DNA of 64,000 bases, taken from NCBI GenBank assembly GCA_944389465.1, contig CALXML010000001.1, forward strand, positions 487-64,486, written 5' to 3'. Below, one piece after another: positions 52,835-61,991 of the stretch. Each line of letters starts with the position of its first letter. Within the stretch, counting starts at the first letter, position 1. The notes under the pieces are model-generated. The model was not told the DNA's origin, did no database searches, and worked only from the letters and a program-made list of their open reading frames with translations. Both the position numbers and the translations under genes were made by a program. Source of the DNA: an uncultured Alphaproteobacteria bacterium. Lineage in GTDB: Bacteria > Pseudomonadota > Alphaproteobacteria > Rs-D84.

Positions 52835-54847
52835 ATGAAAGTATATGTAAACTGTAATGATGCGCGTTGGCGTAAATATAAAATAGATTTTGAACGTATT
52901 GCAAATGCGGCTGCGTTAAATGTTAATGCAAATGCCGAAGTTTCAATTATTCTGACCAATGATGCAGAAATTCAAAAAATTAATCGTGAATATCGTAATA
53001 TAGATAAACCAACAAATGTACTGTCGTTTGAATTGGGGGATGATATTTTGTTGGGGGATATTTATATTTCTTTGGACACTGTCCAGCGCGAGGCTGATAC
53101 AGAAAATATTTCTGTGGCCGCCCATACCGCACATATGGTGGTGCATGGAATGTTACATCTGCAGGGATATGACCATATAACAGACAGTGATGCAGAAATA
53201 ATGGAAAAAAAGGAAATTAATATATTAAAAAAATTACATATAAAAAATCCCTATGTACAGGATTCCGCCATATACAGCGATTTGGAATGTGATTCTGGTA
53301 TGCGTTTTTTGTCGTGGATAAAACGTTTAAATATTCGGGTGGATGGTGTTTGGCAATATATAATTATGGCTGTTATGGGGGCTGTGGCGGCATTGGGTTT
53401 TGCACCATTTAATATGTGGTGGGCAACCATAATCGCGATTGGCGTGGTGTATAAATTATGTGTTCGTGCACAATCGCATGGTGGCCTGTGGCGTGCATTT
53501 TTACGTGTTTTTCCGTTCAGTGCGGTGTATGCGATTGCTATGTTTTGGTGGGTTACGCATTCTATATACGTTGTGCCAGAACTGGCCGCGCAATTTGCAA
53601 TATGGACAATTCCAGCATTGGTTGGTATTGGTTTAGTTGGCGGATTTGTTTTTGCAATTCCGTTTGTCATAATTTCACGTATGTGCACGTTTCCGGCGTG
53701 CAGACCGTTTTTGTTTGCGTCCGTATGGACACTGGTTTTATGGTTGCGTGAATGGTTGTTTACTGGTTTCCCATGGAATCCAATTGCAAATATTTTTATG
53801 CCGATACCGGTAATTGCCAATTCTATGTCGGTGTGGGGCGCATTGGGATTAAGTTTTGTTATAACAGGTCTGTTGGCATCAATTGTTGAATTATTTGGGC
53901 GGCGTACAGATAAATATTGCTGGGCCAGTTTTACTATCTTTGCCGTTTTATTTATGTGTGGTGGTGTGTGTGGCGCAAATAATATAAAATTGGCCGAAAA
54001 TATGGAACGCGTCAGTCCCGTTGTGCGTATTGTTCAACCTGCACAATCGCAATCACAAAAAATGGTTACGTCACGCAGTGATGCTGTGCGACAGGCAACA
54101 GAAAATGTTCGGGTGTTAACCGATTTGGCGGCAGCAGGGGGCAATGCTGATATAGTTGTTTTTCCGGAAACATCCTATCCTTTTACGGTTGTTAAAAATG
54201 ACAATATGCCAATTGCACAGTTGTTGAATAAAAATGTTGTTATTGGGGCAACATCTTATTCGGATGGTGGGGTATATAATTCTTTGATATTGGCAACACC
54301 TGATGGGCAAATACAGAATGTTTACAGTAAATCGCATTTGGTGCCGTTTGGGGAATATCGGCCGTTTGGGGATATTATACCAACGCCCGCACAATTGTCT
54401 GCTGGAAATGGGCCTGAAATTATTAATGTTAATATTGATGGAAATGATTTTAGTTTTGCGCCGGCAATATGTTATGAAATTATTTTTTCTGATTCATTGG
54501 TGCCGGACGGGGCAAACCCAATTGCAATTATAAATATTACAAATGATACTTGGTTTGGGAAAACATCTGGGACATACCAACATTTGGATATGGTGCGCAG
54601 ATATGCAATTGAATCTGGGGTGCCAGTGATTCGGGCAAATTATTCCGGAATCAGTGCGTTTATATTATCAGATGGTAATATTCTTGCAATGTTGCCAATT
54701 AACGCAGTTGGTGTTATGGATGGTGTTGTTTATGGTGCGCATATGACCGTATATCGCCAGATTGGTCGTGATTGGTATATGGCGATAATTTTGCTGTTTT
54801 CATGCGTGGCGGTATTTACATTATATGCAATACAAAGACGTAAATAA
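52835..54847 (+). CDS. single ORF fusing endoribonuclease YbeY (N-terminal) with apolipoprotein N-acyltransferase Lnt (C-terminal)
   Basis: Residues ~1-146 carry the YbeY motif HMVVHGMLHLQGYDH. From MRFLSWIKRL onward there are Lnt TM segments and a CN-hydrolase domain (VVFPETSYPF, ICYEIIFS). No stop codon lies between the two parts. Confidence 0.75.
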   Translation: MKVYVNCNDARWRKYKIDFERIANAAALNVNANAEVSIILTNDAEIQKINREYRNIDKPTNVLSFELGDDILLGDIYISLDTVQREADTENISVAAHTAHMVVHGMLHLQGYDHITDSDAEIMEKKEINILKKLHIKNPYVQDSAIYSDLECDSGMRFLSWIKRLNIRVDGVWQYIIMAVMGAVAALGFAPFNMWWATIIAIGVVYKLCVRAQSHGGLWRAFLRVFPFSAVYAIAMFWWVTHSIYVVPELAAQFAIWTIPALVGIGLVGGFVFAIPFVIISRMCTFPACRPFLFASVWTLVLWLREWLFTGFPWNPIANIFMPIPVIANSMSVWGALGLSFVITGLLASIVELFGRRTDKYCWASFTIFAVLFMCGGVCGANNIKLAENMERVSPVVRIVQPAQSQSQKMVTSRSDAVRQATENVRVLTDLAAAGGNADIVVFPETSYPFTVVKNDNMPIAQLLNKNVVIGATSYSDGGVYNSLILATPDGQIQNVYSKSHLVPFGEYRPFGDIIPTPAQLSAGNGPEIINVNIDGNDFSFAPAICYEIIFSDSLVPDGANPIAIINITNDTWFGKTSGTYQHLDMVRRYAIESGVPVIRANYSGISAFILSDGNILAMLPINAVGVMDGVVYGAHMTVYRQIGRDWYMAIILLFSCVAVFTLYAIQRRK

Positions 54848-54872
54848 TATTGAATAATATATATTAAAAAAT

Positions 54873-54911
54873 GCTGTATGTGCACTGTTTTATGCATATA
54901 CAGCGTTTTTT
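54873..54911. terminator. bidirectional hairpin terminator
   Basis: GCTGTATGTGCA...TGCATATACAGC followed by GTTTTTT, between convergent genes. Confidence 0.6.
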
Positions 54912-55113
54912 ATTGTGTGATATTTTGTAATATCCATACGCGTATTGCAGATGATAAATTTGTGTTTGGGGTTCTGTGGTCGTCAATGTGTTCAATAATT
55001 GATGCAATGGATTTATTTTGTTTTTTTGCAATTTTGTGCAGGGCATCTATAAATTCAGATTCCAGTGAAATACTGGTTTGATGTCCAGATAAAGATACAG
55101 ATAATTTTGTCAT
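54910..55113 (-). CDS. ribbon-helix-helix (RHH_4-like) protein
   Basis: 67 aa. SVSLSGHQTSISLESEFIDALHKIAKKQNKSIASIIEHID...LSSAIRVWIL matches the alphaproteobacterial RHH_4 pattern. Confidence 0.6.
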   Translation of the reverse strand: MTKLSVSLSGHQTSISLESEFIDALHKIAKKQNKSIASIIEHIDDHRTPNTNLSSAIRVWILQNITQ

Positions 55114-55548
55114 TTATATTTTTCCCGCTATTAAACAATCGGACATTGCACGATATGCATCGTCGTATTTTCTTAATATTGCCAATGTTAAATTATCCAG
55201 CATAAAGCAGGTTCCAAATGAATCAAATGCAAACAGGAACAAGTCATTGCGGCCAAAAATTGTTTTGCCGCGCATATGTGGCAGTGATGAAATATCTTGA
55301 TTTATTTCTGTTATTGATGGAATGGGATATTTTGTGCCACGTTTAATTTCTGTGACGCCAAATATATAACCAGTCCCCAGATTGATGCCACCGCATTCCT
55401 TGTAAAAATCTGTGATAAAATTTGGAAAAATTGCCGCATGCATTGATTGTAACAATTTATTCGCAATGGCCACAGATTGCGTTGTCGCCGGTGGCGCAAA
55501 TAAAGCCCCATGTGTTTTCATCAAAGATAAAAATTCAGAACAATTCAT
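55114..55548 (-). CDS. SMI1/KNR4 (SUKH)-like protein
   Basis: 144 aa. The overall pattern (IANKLLQSMHAAIFPNFITDFYKECGGINLG...IFG...LFLFAFDSFG) resembles SUKH-1 immunity-type domains. Tentative. Confidence 0.4.
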   Translation of the reverse strand: MNCSEFLSLMKTHGALFAPPATTQSVAIANKLLQSMHAAIFPNFITDFYKECGGINLGTGYIFGVTEIKRGTKYPIPSITEINQDISSLPHMRGKTIFGRNDLFLFAFDSFGTCFMLDNLTLAILRKYDDAYRAMSDCLIAGKI

Positions 55549-55554
55549 TGTGCT

Positions 55555-56064
55555 TTATGTCCTCATATCACGCGATGCCGCGATTTGTGCGGCCATTTGG
55601 CTTAATCTGTCGGTTGTGGCATTTCCGCCATCGGCACTGGCCGTGTTATGTGATGGTATATATATTTTTTTTGCAGGGTTTGGCAACCATATTGTTTGCG
55701 CACCCATTTGTTCCATAATAAATTTATCCAATCGCCATGATTGGGGAAATGTCCAGCACATAAATAAATTATCGGTTTCCAATTTTCCACCCCATGTCAG
55801 TGGAACACGAAATCTGATAGATGTGTTTTGTGGCAGGGCGCGTCCCATAATGATTGCCATAAATTCATCCTGTGTCAGATTCATCAGTGCTAATTCTTCC
55901 ACAGAATCTGTTAATGACATCATAAATTCACGGCATAATTTTTTGTATTTTATGAACCAATCTGAATCAACATTGGTTTTTACCGGACGCAGTTCCGTTA
56001 CAGGCATATCTGCCATATTCAATTCATGTAAACGTCGTTGTGCCGATTCCTGTGTCAGTTGCAT
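55555..56064 (-). CDS. hypothetical protein
   Basis: 169-aa ORF translationally coupled to the upstream gene (ATG overlaps its stop). No confident family assignment. Confidence 0.45.
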   Translation of the reverse strand: MQLTQESAQRRLHELNMADMPVTELRPVKTNVDSDWFIKYKKLCREFMMSLTDSVEELALMNLTQDEFMAIIMGRALPQNTSIRFRVPLTWGGKLETDNLFMCWTFPQSWRLDKFIMEQMGAQTIWLPNPAKKIYIPSHNTASADGGNATTDRLSQMAAQIAASRDMRT

Positions 56065-57020
56065 CAGATTTTACCTATGTGCGTTATAACTGCATCAATG
56101 TATTCTGAATATGCGTCAAACATACCGTCGTCATCACCGGCCAATGGTGGATTTGGATTTTGCTGTATATATGCGCGCAATTCATCGGTTGAATTGAACA
56201 TTAATATGTCTTCAAATTCAGATGTGGCGGCGTCGGGTGCGGCAATAACAAATCCATTAATGCCGATATATGTTTCATCCAAAGTGTCAGAAAATATTTG
56301 CTGAAATTTGTCAATTATTGTACGTACATCAGTTGTTTTTACGCCAACGCATCCCAACCACATTGTTTCATTTGTGCCAATTGCAATCAGTGATGTTTGA
56401 ATGCTGCCAATGCGGGCATTGTTTTTAACGGTATATCCGGCATTTGCAAATATTTGTCTTAATTCATCAGTATTATTATTTTGTTGTTTTGGGGCAATGT
56501 TTTGCGTCATTGTTGGCGCGATTGTGTGAAGGGCTGTATTTTGATTTGCATTCCACGTGGGAACATTTAATCTGGGTGGGCGGGCCGCAGAAGATGGTGA
56601 TGTGCTATTTTTATCCTGTGGTATGTGTGTCGGTTTTGGCATTGATGGTAATATATCCAATGTGGATGCATCATTGTTATTAGTATTGTTTTTAGCATCT
56701 GTTTGGACGTGCGGTGTTTCAGTTGAATTTTTATCTGAATTATTTTTATTTGTTTTTATAATTGGCAATCTGATGCGGCGTGTACGTGGACGCACAATGA
56801 TATATAATCCCAATATGGTTATGAAAATAGCAATTGCCATTGATACATAAAAACCTGATTTGATTGGGGTGCGTGCGGCCTGCAGTTCGGATATGTATTC
56901 CCAATGCTGGGCAGAAAAAATATCAAATCCAAATACGGTGTTAAACCAAAAACAAGTCCCCAGCGTTACCGCCAGTAACCACAAAATACCAAGTAATATA
57001 TTATCTGGGCGTATTCTCAT
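56064..57020 (-). CDS. membrane protein with an N/T/P-rich low-complexity linker (hypothetical)
   Basis: Two N-terminal TM segments, a low-complexity middle region (NNSDKNSTETP...NNTNNND...) and a globular C-terminal domain. Confidence 0.5.
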   Translation of the reverse strand: MRIRPDNILLGILWLLAVTLGTCFWFNTVFGFDIFSAQHWEYISELQAARTPIKSGFYVSMAIAIFITILGLYIIVRPRTRRIRLPIIKTNKNNSDKNSTETPHVQTDAKNNTNNNDASTLDILPSMPKPTHIPQDKNSTSPSSAARPPRLNVPTWNANQNTALHTIAPTMTQNIAPKQQNNNTDELRQIFANAGYTVKNNARIGSIQTSLIAIGTNETMWLGCVGVKTTDVRTIIDKFQQIFSDTLDETYIGINGFVIAAPDAATSEFEDILMFNSTDELRAYIQQNPNPPLAGDDDGMFDAYSEYIDAVITHIGKI

Positions 57021-57063
57021 TTGGCTTTTATTATATCATATTTATGATAAAGTAAAAAGGGTA

Positions 57064-57729
57064 ATGATAGATATGGATAACATTCTTGGGCAAATTGGGT
57101 GTGCTGCATTGTGGTGTGGTGGCGATGCCGAATCGGTTGATTTGGCGCGCGCTGTATCTGTGGCAATAGAAAATAAAATTTCGGTTATTTCTGTTGCGAA
57201 TGATGCGGTATCGGTTGTGTGGCCGTGGTTGGAAAACAAGAAAATAAAAATTTATTCGCGATTTTACGTAAATGGTGTGACATCTGATGATGTGTCGGCG
57301 TTATCGGAAAAGATAAACAAATGTTTCAAACAGGGGGCTGATGGGGTTCAGATTTTTGTTTCTGTACAGGATTTGGACAATTTGGTTGGCCAATTGTGCG
57401 CGATTCGTGATGATTTGTTTTTTAACAAGGATTTGTTCATTGGCTTAAATATAAATGATATAGGCCCATTTGATTGGGAACTTTTATATCAATCTTTAAT
57501 CAAAATTCGGGCAACGGGGCTGGTGATTGTTCTGGGACATGACAGTGGTGATGCGTCTGATTTTGTTGGGCGTGTATATGCTGCGTTGTCTGAATGGGAC
57601 GAAAAAAATAATTTTTGTCTGCATTTTATTCTAGGAAATAATTTCACCAGAATAGAGCAGGCGGACAGGCTGGTGCGTGCGATGTGTCCCGATTTAAGTG
57701 AAAAAGTTTGCTTTTTTATTAATGGCTAG
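57064..57729 (+). CDS. hypothetical protein
   Basis: 221-aa ORF from ATG 57064. No recognisable motif. Confidence 0.4.
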   Translation: MIDMDNILGQIGCAALWCGGDAESVDLARAVSVAIENKISVISVANDAVSVVWPWLENKKIKIYSRFYVNGVTSDDVSALSEKINKCFKQGADGVQIFVSVQDLDNLVGQLCAIRDDLFFNKDLFIGLNINDIGPFDWELLYQSLIKIRATGLVIVLGHDSGDASDFVGRVYAALSEWDEKNNFCLHFILGNNFTRIEQADRLVRAMCPDLSEKVCFFING

Positions 57730-58364
57730 GGCTGCTGCTTTAATATTAAATATTTTGGGGCGATTGTGCCGGCCTTGTTCTTTTGCTGATAACGTGTATG
57801 AATTGTCTGTATGTCAGGTGTATGTGCATCCAGCGCGGTTTTTGTTACCTGATTTTGTATCCATTCAAAATATTCCCAATGGTCTGTGCCGATGATGATT
57901 TCACCGTCACGTGTCAGGTGTGAGGCCAGTAATGTTAAAAATTCTGCATGCAACAGGCGGCGTTTTTCATGCTTGGCCTTGGGCCATGGGTCGGGGTGCA
58001 GAACCCAAATTTGTTCAAATTGCGAATCGGTATGGCGCAAAAAATCACGTACGTCATCGGCAAAAATGCGAATGTTTTTATATTCGTTGCGAATCGCACC
58101 ATTATCATCCGTTATGGCGGACAACAGTGATGCAACACCGTTCATAAATGGTTCTGCGCCAATGATGATTTTATCCGGTGCATTCAATGCCAAATCCCGC
58201 AAATGTTCACCCGCACCAAAGCCTATTTCCAATATTTTACCGGTGTTTGCTGGCATATTTGTTGGTAAAATTTTTGGCAAAACAGTGTCAATCAGCATCG
58301 TTTGACGGGCTGATAACTTTTTACCGTGACGGCGACCAAATGTTCTTATTTCTTGTTTTTCCAT
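57726..58364 (-). CDS. trmB: tRNA (guanine-N7)-methyltransferase
   Basis: EIGFGAGEHL, IWVLHPDPWPKAKHEKRRL. Confidence 0.85.
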   Translation of the reverse strand: MEKQEIRTFGRRHGKKLSARQTMLIDTVLPKILPTNMPANTGKILEIGFGAGEHLRDLALNAPDKIIIGAEPFMNGVASLLSAITDDNGAIRNEYKNIRIFADDVRDFLRHTDSQFEQIWVLHPDPWPKAKHEKRRLLHAEFLTLLASHLTRDGEIIIGTDHWEYFEWIQNQVTKTALDAHTPDIQTIHTRYQQKNKAGTIAPKYLILKQQP

Positions 58365-58410
58365 ATATTTAGTATAAAATTCAAAAGTTAAGAAAACAAG
58401 AGTTTATAAA

Positions 58411-58971
58411 ATGACTGATTTTCCAAAAGTTATTAAATGTGATGATTTTGTGTTGGAAAAAATCACCCCGTCATTTGATAATGCACGCAAAATTTTTGAA
58501 ATTGTTGATTCACAGCGTGAATTTTTGTCTGAATTTTTGAATTGGGTTGATGAATCAAATTGTCCAGAAGATATGTATATGCATATGTACAAGGTATCCA
58601 AGACTGATAATGGTTCTTATTATATCATTTATAATGGTGACATAGTGGGTAATGCCGGTGTTGATATCAGTTCCAAGAAAAATAAAATTGCAGAAATTGC
58701 GTATTGGTTATCGCGCGATTATAATGGGCGCGGAATAATGACGCGTGCGGTGCGTGCACTGGAAAAATTTGCCTTTGAAAATATGGATGTTAACAGAATA
58801 GAAATTATTATGGACGTCAAAAATGTGCGCAGTGCCGCCGTTGCAAAGCGTTGCGGATATGTTTGTGAAGGTATTCGTCGCCAGAGTTATATGTTTCGTG
58901 GCGAATTGCGCGATGTGTTTACATATTCAAAATTAAAATCAGAATGGGAAAAGGAAAATAAAAATGCGTAA
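58411..58971 (+). CDS. GNAT family N-acetyltransferase (RimJ/RimL-like)
   Basis: IAYWLSRDYNGRGIMTRAVRALEKFAFE...NVRSAAVAKRCGYVCEG. Confidence 0.8.
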   Translation: MTDFPKVIKCDDFVLEKITPSFDNARKIFEIVDSQREFLSEFLNWVDESNCPEDMYMHMYKVSKTDNGSYYIIYNGDIVGNAGVDISSKKNKIAEIAYWLSRDYNGRGIMTRAVRALEKFAFENMDVNRIEIIMDVKNVRSAAVAKRCGYVCEGIRRQSYMFRGELRDVFTYSKLKSEWEKENKNA

Positions 58972-60541
58972 AGGTTTGTCCACAGAATTAATTGCACGCG
59001 TGTTGGGTGCGGCACCAAAATATACATTGGATGAATTAGAGGCAAAATATCCACCGCGTAATTTGCCTGATGGTGCGTTTGTAACCCGATTCGCCCCCAG
59101 CCCAACGGGGTATATGCATATTGGCGGTCTGTATCAGGCATTGATTGATAATAAATTGGCGTATGATACAGGTGGCGTTTTTATGTTACGCATAGAGGAT
59201 ACAGATACCAAGCGCGAGGTTGCAGATGCCGTCAAAATCATAGAAGATTCCATGCATAAATTCGGACTGGTGTATAATGATATGCCGGAATATGGGCCAT
59301 ACTATCAGTCGCAACGGCGTGATATTTATCACAGTGTGGTGGCGGATTTATTGGCGTGTGGGTTGGCGTATCCGTGCTTTTTAACCGCGACGGAAATGGA
59401 ACGCATTCGCGAAAACCAAAAGGCGGCAGGCTTTGCCACCGGTATTTATGGTGAATTTGCACGTGACCGTGATATAACAGATGATGAAATTATTCGTCGT
59501 TTGGATGCCGGTGAAACACCATCTGTTCGTTTATATTCAACTGGTAACCCCGAACAACGTATTTTTTGCAAGGATGCCGTGCGTGGCTCTGTCGGATTCC
59601 CAGAAAATAACGAAGATATTGTTTTAATAAAATCAAATGACGGATTGCCAACGTATCATTTTGCACATTTGTGTGATGACCATTTTATGCGTACAACGCA
59701 TGTTGTGCGTGGTGCAGAATGGTTGCCGTCGTTTCCGCTGCATATTCAATTATTCCGTATGATGGGGTGGACGCCACCGGTATATATTCATACATCAACC
59801 ATTGATAAAATTGATGCAGAAACAGGAAAACAACGTAAATTATCCAAACGTCATGACCCCGAGGCTAATGTTGCATTCTTTCTGGCCGAAGGTTGGCCGA
59901 CCGCGGCCGTATTAGAATATCTGGGCAATATTGCTGCGTCTGGATATGAAGAGGCCAAAGCCAAGGGACAGGTTAAGACAATTTGGGAATATCCGTTGAA
60001 ACCAAAAAAAATACCTATTTCTGGTGCGTTGTTTGATATGAAAAAACTGGAATGGTGGGCGCGTGAATTTATTGCGACTTTGTCGGTTGATGATTTGGTG
60101 CGCAGTGTTCGTGAATGGGCGGATACTTATGATTTACAGTGGGCGACCCGAATCGGGGCAAATCCAGAATATCTGAAAAATATTTTGGCAATTGAACGCG
60201 ATAATCCAAAGCGTATTCGTAAAGATTTTATTACTTGGCATCAAACGTTGGACGAGGTTTCTTATTTTTGGGATGATTTGTTTGTGCCAAATAATGAATT
60301 TGAATTTAATCACGATTTGCTGCGTGCGTTTTTGGAAAACTTTGATATTTGCGATGACAAAGATGTGTGGTGGAATAAAATTGTGGAAATTGCGAACAAA
60401 TTCGGTGTTAAAAATGGTGATGTTGCAATGAATTTGCGCGTTGCTGTAACTGGCCGCACAAATACCCCAGATTTGTATTCTGTTATGCAGGTTATGGGGG
60501 ACGCGCGCGTTAAATCACGTATAGGGGCAATTATAAAATGA
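58964..60541 (+). CDS. gltX: glutamate-tRNA ligase
   Basis: Class I HIGH-type FAPSPTGYMHIGG, and KMSKS-type KLSKR. Confidence 0.9.
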   Translation: MRKGLSTELIARVLGAAPKYTLDELEAKYPPRNLPDGAFVTRFAPSPTGYMHIGGLYQALIDNKLAYDTGGVFMLRIEDTDTKREVADAVKIIEDSMHKFGLVYNDMPEYGPYYQSQRRDIYHSVVADLLACGLAYPCFLTATEMERIRENQKAAGFATGIYGEFARDRDITDDEIIRRLDAGETPSVRLYSTGNPEQRIFCKDAVRGSVGFPENNEDIVLIKSNDGLPTYHFAHLCDDHFMRTTHVVRGAEWLPSFPLHIQLFRMMGWTPPVYIHTSTIDKIDAETGKQRKLSKRHDPEANVAFFLAEGWPTAAVLEYLGNIAASGYEEAKAKGQVKTIWEYPLKPKKIPISGALFDMKKLEWWAREFIATLSVDDLVRSVREWADTYDLQWATRIGANPEYLKNILAIERDNPKRIRKDFITWHQTLDEVSYFWDDLFVPNNEFEFNHDLLRAFLENFDICDDKDVWWNKIVEIANKFGVKNGDVAMNLRVAVTGRTNTPDLYSVMQVMGDARVKSRIGAIIK

Positions 60542-61275
60542 CCAAAACCAAACGTACACAATTAAAACAAGTTAAATCCGATTCGCGTGCAAACCGTCTG
60601 TTGCAGATTTTGCGCAGGACGGGGTTGTTTCGCTGGGAACGGCAAAGCACAAAGTCAGAAGAGGTGTTAAATATTCTGACGCATGGTATTGGTGTTGGTT
60701 TGGCAATTGCCGCATTAACGTTGTTGGTTGTGTTTGCTGCATTGCGTGGTGATGCGTGGGCGGTGGTGTCATGTGCGATATTTGGCCTGACGATGATAAC
60801 CCTGTATTTTGGGTCAACAATGTGTCATGCAACAATTGGGCGGCGCGGTGAATGTTTTTTTGAGGTTTGGGACAGTGTTGCCATATATGCATTAATTGCC
60901 GGTACGTATACGCCTTTTTTGCTGGTGAATTTACGTGGGGGGCTGGGATGGACTGTGTTTGGTATTTTGTGGGCCATTGTTATATGGGGGGCAATTGTTA
61001 AAATGCATAATCCGCGACAGCAACCAAAATGGGTTGTGGGGCTGTATTTATTAATGGGGTGGACGTTGCTGTTTATATTGCCGGCAATGTTACATAATAT
61101 TCCACCGCGTGGATTATGGTTTATTTTGGCGGGAGGATTGTCATATTCATTGGGGGTAATATTTTATTTGTGGCGACGGATGAAATATTCGCATGCGATT
61201 TGGCATCTGTTCGTAATTGGGGGCAGTGTGTGTTTCTTTTTCGCAGTACTGTTTGGTTGCATAATTGATTTATAA
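60538..61275 (+). CDS. hemolysin III / PAQR family membrane protein
   Basis: Seven TM segments with the EEVLNILTHGIG N-terminal motif and a C-terminal HAIWHLFV. Confidence 0.85.
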   Translation: MTKTKRTQLKQVKSDSRANRLLQILRRTGLFRWERQSTKSEEVLNILTHGIGVGLAIAALTLLVVFAALRGDAWAVVSCAIFGLTMITLYFGSTMCHATIGRRGECFFEVWDSVAIYALIAGTYTPFLLVNLRGGLGWTVFGILWAIVIWGAIVKMHNPRQQPKWVVGLYLLMGWTLLFILPAMLHNIPPRGLWFILAGGLSYSLGVIFYLWRRMKYSHAIWHLFVIGGSVCFFFAVLFGCIIDL

Positions 61276-61282
61276 AAAAGTC

Positions 61283-61312
61283 TTGCGGGTGGGGCGCACA
61301 GATTGATATAAT
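61283..61312 (+). promoter_or_regulatory. promoter reading into switch C
   Basis: TTGCGG, an 18-nt spacer, then TGaTATAAT (extended -10). The block TAAAAAAGTCTTG directly after the upstream stop codon is shared with locus A. Confidence 0.5.
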
Positions 61313-61336
61313 ATACATAAAAGATATGCCGAAAAT

Positions 61337-61433
61337 AAACCACCGATTAATATCGGTGTTTTTATTTTTTTGAAAATACCGAAAAACTGCATTTTTTATT
61401 CCTTTCTGTTGTACCGAAATAAAACGGTGGGTT
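61337..61433. promoter_or_regulatory. invertible DNA switch C: inverted repeats flanking a 79-bp segment carrying the RBS, ATG and first codons (currently flipped, OFF)
   Basis: AAACCACCGATT (61337-61348) and AAACGGTGGGTT (61422-61433) match in inverted orientation at 10/12 with an identical 6-bp core. ATG lies on the minus strand at 61392-61390. In-silico inversion gives an in-frame MQFFGIFKKIKTPILIGGFIMLIGFSTGASA. Confidence 0.7.
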
Positions 61434-61437
61434 TATT

Positions 61438-61941
61438 ATGTTGATTGGTTTTTCAACGGGTGCATCTGCGACGACGACGACATGCCCAGATTGTTATAAA
61501 TGTGTGAAGTATTCAGGCAGCAGTTGTTTGCAATGTGAATACGATCCCGATTATTGTATGGGAGAGGTTGTCTGTGGCGATGGCAAGGTTTGGGATGCAG
61601 ATGCACTTGAATGTGTATGTGACCCAGCAAAAATATGTTTTGGTACAGTGGACCCAGACACCTGTGAATGTATTGAAGAAGAGGTGGCTTGTGAAGATGG
61701 GCAATATCACAATGGAAAGGTGGGATTATTGGCCCAGTGTTTGGATTGTCCGACGTTGAATGGGTGTCTTCGTGGTCCGCACAGTACTGGCGATGGTGCT
61801 GCTGGTATAACAGATTGTTATTATGGCGTTGATGCCATATGCACAGACAGTGCCGGCAGTTATGTTTTTTCAGAAGATTGCCGTTACGATGATTCTGATT
61901 CTTCTGAAGAAGAGGTTGAAGAAGAGATTGAAATTAATTAA
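61438..61941 (+). CDS. Cys-rich secreted protein, family member C; N-terminal signal-peptide exon currently inverted (OFF)
   Basis: 167-aa ORF with 24 Cys, CLDCPTLNGC motif, C-terminal TDSAGSYVFSEDCRYD and an acidic tail. As assembled it starts MLIGFSTGASA with no n-region. Confidence 0.75.
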   Translation: MLIGFSTGASATTTTCPDCYKCVKYSGSSCLQCEYDPDYCMGEVVCGDGKVWDADALECVCDPAKICFGTVDPDTCECIEEEVACEDGQYHNGKVGLLAQCLDCPTLNGCLRGPHSTGDGAAGITDCYYGVDAICTDSAGSYVFSEDCRYDDSDSSEEEVEEEIEIN

Positions 61942-61951
61942 ATGTGTGTTA

Positions 61952-61980
61952 TTTGACATTTATTTTTATTAGTACTATTA
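61952..61980 (+). promoter_or_regulatory. near-consensus sigma70 promoter upstream of the thrS leader
   Basis: TTGACA (61952-61957), a 17-nt spacer, and TATTAT (61975-61980). Confidence 0.55.
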
Positions 61981-61991
61981 TTAGTACTGTT

